15,126 nt of DNA from Nostoc sp. DedSLP01 (GTDB taxonomy: Bacteria > Cyanobacteriota > Cyanobacteriia > Cyanobacteriales > Nostocaceae): assembly GCA_034530875.2 (NCBI GenBank), contig JAVRCJ020000076.1, positions 1 through 15,126 of the forward strand, given 5' to 3'. The translations under genes and the position numbers were made by a program. This document shows positions 9,196-15,126 of the stretch, in pieces. How positions within the stretch are numbered: position 1 is the stretch's first letter; every line of letters starts with the position of its first letter. Below the pieces are notes generated by a model. It saw nothing but the letters and a program-made list of their open reading frames with translations. It was not told the DNA's origin and made no database searches.

Positions 9196-9459
9196 ATGAA
9201 TATCGCAGATTTATCAGAAATAGAAGAAGTGTCAGATCAAAAGTTGAGTAATTTGTTTGGGGGTGTGGCTCCTAATCCTTATGAACGATCTCAAAATTTG
9301 AATAAAGTGTTTGGGGGTGCGGCTTTTAAGCGTCCTTATGAACGACAACCATCACTAACTCCTTCAGAACGAAAACCATCACTAACTCCTTATGAACGAC
9401 AACCATCAATATTCCCTCCAGCATCACAGGACTGTGGTGATGGTACTTGTAGTGCCTGA
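9196..9459 (+). CDS. 87-aa double-glycine-leader peptide with repeated P(Y/S)ER units and a C-terminal Cys pair
   Basis: MNIADLSEIEEVSDQKLSNLFGG-VAPNPYERSQNLNKVFGG-AAFKRPYERQPSLTPSERKPSLTPYERQPSIFPPASQDCGDGTCSA. GGTGA lies 5 nt before ATG 9196, so I prefer that start over GTG 9187. Confidence 0.75.
   Translation: MNIADLSEIEEVSDQKLSNLFGGVAPNPYERSQNLNKVFGGAAFKRPYERQPSLTPSERKPSLTPYERQPSIFPPASQDCGDGTCSA
9334..9414 (+). repeat. 3 x 27-bp in-frame tandem repeat
   Basis: ccttatgaacgacaaccatcactaact / ccttcagaacgaaaaccatcactaact / ccttatgaacgacaaccatcaatattc. Confidence 0.9.
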
Positions 9460-9599
9460 TAACGTGGCGGTAGTAATATGACACCTCAGTAGCTAGGTGT
9501 AGCGACCTGGAATTATAAATTCCCAGACCTGCAATCATCATTGTTTTCAGCCAGGATTATTTGCAACGCCTAATTTCATTTGAACCACGATTAAATCGG

Positions 9600-9798
9600 A
9601 ACGCACAAACATTCAACATGACGATTGGCACAATTTTAAGACCAACATCATTGATGTATCCAGTGCTTCTCAAATCTTCAGACTTGACCGCAAAGACTTG
9701 CTCTAATCAGGTCTGGTTCAACTGTCTTTTCATTTTTCCTTTTTGCTTCCTCACGAGAAAGCAATTTCTTTATCCTCTAATTTAAGGAGACGCTCGCT
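9600..9798 (+). promoter_or_regulatory. Triplicated leader module C, copy 2, with RBS AAGGAG for RTX gene 1
   Basis: Aligns with copies 1 and 3. Hairpins at 9694-9714 and 9743-9764. AAGGAG at 9784-9789. Confidence 0.8.
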
Positions 9799-10659
9799 AT
9801 GGCACTCATTAACGGTACTAGTGGTAATGACACACTGGTTGGTAGAGTTGATATTCCTGGTCCAGGTGGCCCATTTAGCATTGATGTTGATTTTGGTGAT
9901 CTCATCAATGGGCTGGACGGTAATGATAGTCTCACTGGTCTTAGCACCAATGATACGCTCAATGGGGGCACAGGTGATGACACTCTTAATGGCGGCTTTG
10001 GCAATGACTCGCTTAATGGCGGCGATAACAATGACACCCTTAATGGTAGTGGCACCCTTAATGGCGGCAATGGCGATGACATCCTTAGTGGTAGTGGCAT
10101 CCTTAATGGTCAATCTGGCAATGACACCCTTAATGGTCAATCTGGCAATGACATCCTTAACGGTGGCAAGGGCAACGATCTCCTCAGCGGTGGTGCAGGC
10201 AGCGACTCGCTTAACGGCGGCGTGGGCAACGATATCCTACTAGGCGATAATATCTTCTCCGGCGCTAGAGGTAGTCAAATCGATGTGTTGACGAGCGGTA
10301 GTGACAGCGATCGAGATACCTTCGTACTGGGCACGGGAGGTATTTTTAGCTCGATCCTCTATAACTCTGTAGGCAATGCTGATTTTGCTCTAATTACTGA
10401 TTTTGACCTCATTGGTTTTGGGGAATCAGGGGAATCAGCAAATCAGGTTGATCGAATCCAGCTTAAAGGGAGAGCAGCTGACTATCAGTTAGTAAATAAT
10501 GTTAGCGCAGGAGGATTTTTAGGAGTGGGTATTTTTGACAAAAACTCAACCAGCACTACGTCTGATGACGATCTCATTGGTCTTGTCCAAGGAGTTACCG
10601 CAGGCACGGTTTTTGGGCAATTAAGCCTAACCAAAACAACTCAGTTTGTGTTCGTATAA
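9799..10659 (+). CDS. RTX/hemolysin-type calcium-binding repeat protein, paralog 1
   Basis: Many GGxGxDxLx nonapeptides and no Sec signal. The C-terminal DFALITDF...DLIGLVQG...QFVFV domain is typical of cyanobacterial T1SS-type substrates. Confidence 0.92.
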   Translation: MALINGTSGNDTLVGRVDIPGPGGPFSIDVDFGDLINGLDGNDSLTGLSTNDTLNGGTGDDTLNGGFGNDSLNGGDNNDTLNGSGTLNGGNGDDILSGSGILNGQSGNDTLNGQSGNDILNGGKGNDLLSGGAGSDSLNGGVGNDILLGDNIFSGARGSQIDVLTSGSDSDRDTFVLGTGGIFSSILYNSVGNADFALITDFDLIGFGESGESANQVDRIQLKGRAADYQLVNNVSAGGFLGVGIFDKNSTSTTSDDDLIGLVQGVTAGTVFGQLSLTKTTQFVFV

Positions 10660-10914
10660 TTCCTGTTTTGTCATTCTCGCAAAACAATAATCGAAGCCAA
10701 ATTCTGAGACTTTGATTTAATCCAGGTTCGAGGCTTGATTTTCTAACAGAAACTAAAAATTGACACGATCTACTAATTAAGGATCGTTAAATAGTCAAGG
10801 GAAATGCAAACTAAGTTTACTGCTCCCTCTTTCTCTTTGAGATTGCTAAACCTAAAAATAACATTGCGATCGCAACTCCAAAATTGTCCTGTCACGTAGA
10901 AATAACATTCAGTA
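10660..10914 (+). repeat. Duplicated 3' flank of the RTX genes, copy 1 (copy 2 at 12574..12828)
   Basis: Colinear from TTCCTGTTTTGTCATTCT to GTAGAAATAA(C/T)ATTCAGTA in both copies. Confidence 0.9.
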
Positions 10915-10934
10915 GACTGAAAACCTTTGTGTTA

Positions 10935-10983
10935 GCGTACCGCTTCGGGGAAGCAAGCTACGCGTAGCCTCTCGTAGAGAAGG
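10935..10983. repeat. Cluster of Nostoc-type small dispersed repeats
   Basis: GC-rich palindromic patch GCTTCGGGGAAGC-AAGCTACGCGTAGC-CTCTCGTAGAG in AT-rich intergenic DNA; resembles SDR families from memory. Confidence 0.55.
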
Positions 10984-11046
10984 TATCACTCTGTGATAAA
11001 TAGACACGATCCGCTGTCAAAGACAACCTGACACTTCAGCCGAAGT

Positions 11047-11072
11047 GCGTAGTTTACCGCCGTAGGCATCGC
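11047..11072. repeat. SDR5-like 18-nt insert in HIP1
   Basis: GCG-TAGTTTACCGCCGTAGGC-ATCGC. The equivalent position in the paralogous module is an intact GCGATCGC at 13159-13166. Confidence 0.8.
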
Positions 11073-11166
11073 ATTTAGTTCTTCCTTAGACGAATTCCGA
11101 AATCTACGACAGACAAGCTTAAACCTAAGCTAAACAGCAGCGTAGTACAGGTAATAGCCAAGATAT

Positions 11167-11373
11167 AACGCACAAACATTCAATATGACCGCTGGCAGAA
11201 TTTTAAGGCCAACATCATTGATGTATCCAGTGCTTCTCAAATCTTCAGACTTGACCGCAAAGACCTGCTCTAATCAGGTCTGGTTCAACTGTCTTTTCAT
11301 TTTTCCTTTTCGCTTTCTCGTGAGGAAGCGATGAAGTAATTTCTTTATCCTCTAATTTAAGGAGACGCTCACT
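11167..11373 (+). promoter_or_regulatory. Triplicated leader module C, copy 3, with RBS AAGGAG for RTX gene 2
   Basis: Aligns with copies 1 and 2. Hairpins at 11261-11281 and 11310-11331. AAGGAG at 11359-11364. Confidence 0.8.
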
Positions 11374-12573
11374 ATGGCAGTCATTAACGGTACTAATGGT
11401 AATGACACACTGGTTGGTATAAATGACCGTATTGGTCCATTTAGGCTTGATTTTGCTGATGTCATCAATGGACTGGGCGGTAAAGATAGTCTCACTGGTC
11501 TTAGCACCAATGATACACTCGATGGGGGCACAGGTGATGACACGCTGAGAGGTCAAGGTGGGAAGGATAGCCTCAATGGGGGCATAGGCGCTGACATCTT
11601 GGATGGGGGCATAGGCGCTGACATCTTGGATGGTGGTGACAACAATGACCTCTACTTCGTAGACAACGTACTAGATGTTGCTGCCGAGGTAAATGGTGAT
11701 ACTAGGGCCGGGGTAGACACTGTACAGTCCTCAGTTAGCTATACCCTAACTGCTAACCTGGAGAACTTAGATTTGAGACGGGGTGCATTCGGCACAGGTA
11801 ACGCTCGGGACAACACGATCGATGGCAACGTTGATCCAAATGTCCTCTCGGGGTTAGATGGCAATGACATCCTTAATGGTGGTAGCGGTTTCATCGGGGA
11901 ATTCCCTGATGGTGGAAAAGACACCCTTAATGGTGGCGGAGGCAATGATACCCTGAATGCTTCATTTTTCGATAACCTCCTTAATGGTGGCGATGGCAAT
12001 GACATCCTTAATGGTAGTGGTACCCTTAATGGTGGTGATGACGATGACAACCTTACTGGTGGTCCCATCCTTAATGGTGGCAATGGCAACGATCGCCTCA
12101 GCAGTGGTGGAGGCAGCGACTCGCTTAACGGTGGCGCGGGTAACGATATCCTACTAGGCGACAATATCTTCTCCGGCGCTAGAGGCAGTCAAATCGATGT
12201 GTTGACGAGCGGTAGCGGCAACGATCGAGATACCTTCGTACTGGGCACGGGAGGAGGTATTTTTAGCTCGATACTCTATAGCTCTGTAGGCAATGCTGAT
12301 TTTGCTCGAATTACTGATTTTGACCTCATTGGTTTTGCGGAATTAGGGGAATCAGGAAATCAGGTTGATCGAATCCAGCTTAAAGGGAGAGCATCTGACT
12401 ATCAGTTAGTAAATAATGTTAGTGCAGGAGGATTTTTAGGAGTGGGTATTTTTGACAAAAAATCAACCATCGCTACGTCTGATGACGATTTAATTGGTCT
12501 TCTTCAAGGACTTACTGGCAGTGATTTTGCGCAATTAAGGCTAACCAACACAACTCAGTTTGTATTCGTATAA
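11374..12573 (+). CDS. RTX/hemolysin-type calcium-binding repeat protein, paralog 2
   Basis: GGxGxDxLx repeats. N- and C-termini closely match paralog 1. Carries an extra internal DLYFVDN...VDTVQSSVSYTL..NLENL.L...GTGN..DNTI.GN module. Confidence 0.92.
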   Translation: MAVINGTNGNDTLVGINDRIGPFRLDFADVINGLGGKDSLTGLSTNDTLDGGTGDDTLRGQGGKDSLNGGIGADILDGGIGADILDGGDNNDLYFVDNVLDVAAEVNGDTRAGVDTVQSSVSYTLTANLENLDLRRGAFGTGNARDNTIDGNVDPNVLSGLDGNDILNGGSGFIGEFPDGGKDTLNGGGGNDTLNASFFDNLLNGGDGNDILNGSGTLNGGDDDDNLTGGPILNGGNGNDRLSSGGGSDSLNGGAGNDILLGDNIFSGARGSQIDVLTSGSGNDRDTFVLGTGGGIFSSILYSSVGNADFARITDFDLIGFAELGESGNQVDRIQLKGRASDYQLVNNVSAGGFLGVGIFDKKSTIATSDDDLIGLLQGLTGSDFAQLRLTNTTQFVFV

Positions 12574-12828
12574 TTCCTGTTTTGTCATTCTTGCGAAACA
12601 ATAATCGAAATCAAATTCTGAGACTTTGATTTAATCGAGGTTAGAGGCTTGATTTTCTAACAGAAACTAAAATTTGACACGCTCTTATAATTAAGGATTG
12701 TCGAACAGTCGAGGGAGATGCAAACTAGGTTTACCGCTCTCTCTTTCTCTTTGAGGTTGCTAAACCTCAAAATAACATTGCGATCGCAACTCCAAAATTG
12801 GCCAGCTACGTAGAAATAATATTCAGTA
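12574..12828 (+). repeat. Duplicated 3' flank of the RTX genes, copy 2
   Basis: Colinear with 10660..10914. Confidence 0.9.
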
Positions 12829-12991
12829 TTCTCTTGAAGAAAACAATTTTGAGCTAGGTAGTACCACTAAATCTGACACCGGAAGTTACTATGGCAATGA
12901 CTTAATTGGTGTTCTCTAAGACATCAATAAGAGTCAGATCGATATCAGGCAGGACTTCAACTTTGTGGATGCTTTTATTCCACCAGGTTAG
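12824..12991 (+). pseudogene. C-terminal relic of a third, more distant RTX-type Ca-binding protein
   Basis: My translation: QYSLEENNFELGSTTKSDTGSYYGNDLIGVL*DINKSQIDIRQDFNFVDAFIPPG*. DLIGVL*D...FNFV parallels DLIGLLQG...FVFV of the intact paralogs. Internal TAA at 12917 is probably a former CAA. Confidence 0.75.
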
Positions 12992-12999
12992 TTGCTAAA

Positions 13000-13119
13000 G
13001 GCGATCGCTGTAATTACCGAAGTTCTGACGTAATACCCACCTGAATTTACCTGAATTCTCTTTCTTATACTCCTGAATTTAACTCAACTATTTAATTGAG
13101 TTATCCAACATACTGACAT
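13000..13119 (+). promoter_or_regulatory. Duplicated upstream module A, copy 2
   Basis: Begins at HIP1. CCTGAATT units at 13040, 13050 and 13072. Contains inverted repeat AACTCAA-N8-TTGAGTT. Matches 8181..8314. Confidence 0.7.
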
Positions 13120-13189
13120 TATGATCGCTCAAAGACAAGCTGAAACTTCAGCCAAAGTGCGATCGCTAACTTAAATCAAGGAGAAAACC

Positions 13190-13555
13190 ATGAGTCAAAC
13201 ATTTTTATACATTGCAGCAGTAACCGTTTTAAGCATTATGTCTTTCTCGACTGTTGCCAAAGCATCAATCATCCCAAATGGGAAAAATTTAGATGGTTCT
13301 AATATCTCCCAGGTGGACGGTTCAAATAGATACTCTGGTGGAGATGAGGATTTTAACTCAAACAGGAAAACTTTGGAGAATGCAACTACATTTGATATTG
13401 GGGCAATTGGTGGTAACGGAAGACTTTTAAATGGAGTCAATCTGAAAGATAGAGTTAGTCAAGTTAAAACTAGCGAACAAACTGGCCTCACTTTGTCTAA
13501 TCGAGACTTTAGCAGTATCCAGGTAGAAGGTGGTCGCTTAGTTGGTATCAGATAA
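13190..13555 (+). CDS. Secreted 121-aa protein with NGxxL(N/D)G motifs
   Basis: AAGGAG RBS at 13178-13183. Sec signal ending AKA. Motifs NGKNLDGSNI and NGRLLNGVNL, and C-terminal IQVEGGRLVG. Confidence 0.85.
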   Translation: MSQTFLYIAAVTVLSIMSFSTVAKASIIPNGKNLDGSNISQVDGSNRYSGGDEDFNSNRKTLENATTFDIGAIGGNGRLLNGVNLKDRVSQVKTSEQTGLTLSNRDFSSIQVEGGRLVGIR

Positions 13556-13561
13556 AAATAA

Positions 13562-13631
13562 GACAGACAAGGAATAATTTAAACTTAAAAACGCAAATAC
13601 AAACAGGTTTTTATTTTCTTCCTTGTCTGTC
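13562..13631. repeat. 13-bp inverted repeat with long spacer (possible mRNA-stabilising or attenuating stem)
   Basis: GACAGACAAGGAA (13562-13574) and TTCCTTGTCTGTC (13619-13631), directly after the stop codon. Confidence 0.55.
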
Positions 13632-13709
13632 CCTACTAAGAATTTGTAAATAGTAAATAAACGCTTTAACCTTCTTCGTCTTCTCTTTCTCTTAAACAAC
13701 CATCCTCAA

Positions 13710-14531
13710 ATGCTTGTTAAACCACTATTTGGCTTTATATTACTTCCCCTCTTTGTACTAGCCTCCGGTAGTACTGCCATTGCTCAGTTGCTTGTACCTC
13801 AGTCTAGCCCTTCCCCAAATAAGTTAACTATCCCGCTTACAAAAACAGACTTGCAAGCAACCGAAGTGGTTGGTTTTGATGACCAAGGGCGACAGTTAAC
13901 TTTTCAAATCCGTGATGCGGAAGTTGACCCCAAAGACCCAGAGCAGGAAACTTATCTCTACACTGTTTTTTACCGAGACAATAATCAGACTTTGCAGAAT
14001 CTTTGTCGAGGAGATGCTAATTATGCTCCAAAAGCGATCGCTCTTCAAGGATCGTGGGATAATAGAGGTGCTTATCACCCAGAAAAAAAACTAGTAACCT
14101 TTAGCTGTACGAATGGAGCCTTAGCTAAATGTATTCGCTTTGGCTATAAACCTTGGAAAACTTTTAATGGGCGATCGCTACAAGATTATCATCAAGCGTG
14201 TGTACGGATGGTACGCGCTGACTACTGTGGGGATGGCACATCTCACACTCATGATGGAACGCTCATCAATTTCTACGACCGTTTGGGAGTGCGACAACAA
14301 GGTGTATCCCCAAATATGAGCTTTGAAGCCGCGTGGGGTGTGGATGGGGCACAGTACATCAATCATCTGCGATGGCCACAAGAGTTAGCATACGTCCAGC
14401 GGGTTTGCCCTGAAAGACTTGCTGCTGAAGGGAAAGGAATTAATCAATTTTCCACAACTCAACAGGTTCAGCAAAATTTTCCCAGTGCTTTAGTGTTCAA
14501 TGATTCAGTAGTCAGAAAGCCTAATTTTTGA
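13710..14531 (+). CDS. Secreted ADYC-domain protein
   Basis: Signal peptide ending AIA. Signature TFSCTNGALAKCIRFGYKPW...HQACVRMVRADYCGDGTSHTHDGTLI...FEAAW. Confidence 0.9.
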   Translation: MLVKPLFGFILLPLFVLASGSTAIAQLLVPQSSPSPNKLTIPLTKTDLQATEVVGFDDQGRQLTFQIRDAEVDPKDPEQETYLYTVFYRDNNQTLQNLCRGDANYAPKAIALQGSWDNRGAYHPEKKLVTFSCTNGALAKCIRFGYKPWKTFNGRSLQDYHQACVRMVRADYCGDGTSHTHDGTLINFYDRLGVRQQGVSPNMSFEAAWGVDGAQYINHLRWPQELAYVQRVCPERLAAEGKGINQFSTTQQVQQNFPSALVFNDSVVRKPNF

Positions 14532-14641
14532 TCCAGCACAGTTTTTCCACTTTTCTCCACTTCCTTGTTTTACTATTGTAAAATGTAACATTTGCGGATA
14601 AATTGTACTTCTTTGGAGTCGTTATTACCGCACTTTAATCT

Positions 14642-15126
14642 ATGTTTTCTCAACCCAAAATATTTTTATCTTGGTTTATATTACTACTAAGTTTTACAAG
14701 CCTATTTATGAGTTCTTGGATTATACTTCCTGCTCCAAATATGTTTTTACTAACTCTAGCAGTGGGAGCGCCAGAAGTCAGTCCTTGGTTATTGTTATTA
14801 AATCTGCTCTGTTTATTACTTTCTTTTTTCTGCATTCGTCGCGGTCAAATAAGGCGTTTAGCTTGCATTGTCAGTTTAATCGGATTGCTAATTTGTGGAT
14901 GGGTGCTAGTGAATATTCCCTTCACTCAAATGCAGATGGCTAAAGCTATGAAACAAGAATTAGGAGCAGATTATCTACAAGAAATTCCAGTTGAACTAAG
15001 CGCCAAAATGCAAACTCATCCTTTTAACTTAGTTAATTCCTTCCAGGGTATTGCATTAGGTAAAACGCGCCATCAAAAAGATATTATCTTTGCTACTCCT
15101 GGGGGAGTGCCTTTAAAAATGGAAGT
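14642..15126 (+). CDS. Membrane-anchored alpha/beta hydrolase, N-terminal part; runs off the window
   Basis: Open frame from ATG 14642 to the end: MFSQPKIFLSWFILLLSFTSLFMSSWIILPAPNMFLLTLAVGAPEVSPWLLLLNLL...AMKQELGADYLQEIP...DIIFATPGGVPLKME. I recognise the WIIxPAP...VGAPEVSPW N-terminus from cyanobacterial esterase/lipases. The catalytic domain is outside the window. Confidence 0.8.
   Translation, partial: MFSQPKIFLSWFILLLSFTSLFMSSWIILPAPNMFLLTLAVGAPEVSPWLLLLNLLCLLLSFFCIRRGQIRRLACIVSLIGLLICGWVLVNIPFTQMQMAKAMKQELGADYLQEIPVELSAKMQTHPFNLVNSFQGIALGKTRHQKDIIFATPGGVPLKME

Larger units (their letters stand above)
572..14178. repeat. HIP1 octamer GCGATCGC, at least 16 dispersed copies
   Basis: Seen at 572, 3144, 5389, 5451, 5826, 6023, 7031, 8040, 8182, 8701, 10866, 12780, 13001, 13159, 14034 and 14171. 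Confidence 0.9.

Noticed and set aside
8221..9414. CRISPR array from the 10-bp or 27-bp repeats
   Set aside because: The repeats are directly tandem with no unique spacers, and there are no cas genes.
8344..9459. Assignment to a known RiPP class (lanthipeptide, microviridin, cyanobactin, Nif11-type)
   Set aside because: No modifying enzymes in the window, and no class signature such as PFFARFL/TxKYPSD or LAELSEE with AYD.
9561..9785. Upstream ORF MT(I/V/A)G..LRPTSLMY... present in all three leader copies
   Set aside because: Stop position differs between copies (early TAG in copy 1), many changes are non-synonymous and there is no RBS. Best explained as a by-product of the duplication, though a leader peptide is not fully excluded.
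8999..11349. c-di-GMP-I riboswitch in leader module C (GGCAAA ... GACCGCAAAG)
   Set aside because: GGCAAA is not conserved (GGCACA and GGCAGA in the other copies), there is no GNRA-capped P2 stem, and the spacing does not fit.
9743..12164. Alternative-frame and antisense ORFs over the RTX genes
   Set aside because: Shadow frames produced by the repetitive Gly/Asn/Asp codons.
14650..14943. ORF-track calls 14650..14835 (-) and 14671..14943 (+)
   Set aside because: Both overlap the better-supported hydrolase frame that starts at 14642 and runs off the window.

Overview
This is a window from a filamentous cyanobacterium, most likely Nostocales: I counted at least 16 HIP1 octamers (GCGATCGC) and several Nostoc-type small dispersed repeats. 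It starts with the 3' end of one alpha/beta hydrolase gene and ends with the 5' end of what appears to be a paralog. Between them lie a GHL10-like glycoside hydrolase, a small membrane protein, and a divergent pair of AAA_35-type NTPases: one with an N-terminal putative HTH, the other with a TM helix and 14 WD40 repeats. After these comes a patchwork of short cassettes encoding only exported products: two double-glycine-leader peptides (one 59 aa and missing from the ORF track, one with repeated PYER units), two duplicated RTX Ca-binding proteins plus a relic of a third, and a secreted NGxxL-motif protein next to an ADYC-domain protein. The cassettes share duplicated non-coding modules: a block of 10-bp-phased CCTGAATTTA repeats (2 copies, plus a degenerate version in the regulator's own promoter) and a ~180-bp leader with conserved hairpins (3 copies). 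Several module junctions fall on HIP1 sites. Filled and empty sites for a MITE and for an SDR5-like HIP1 insert are both visible. The leading hypothesis, which is inference only, is a kinase-free receptor/regulator pair controlling a shuffled array of secreted peptides and proteins.
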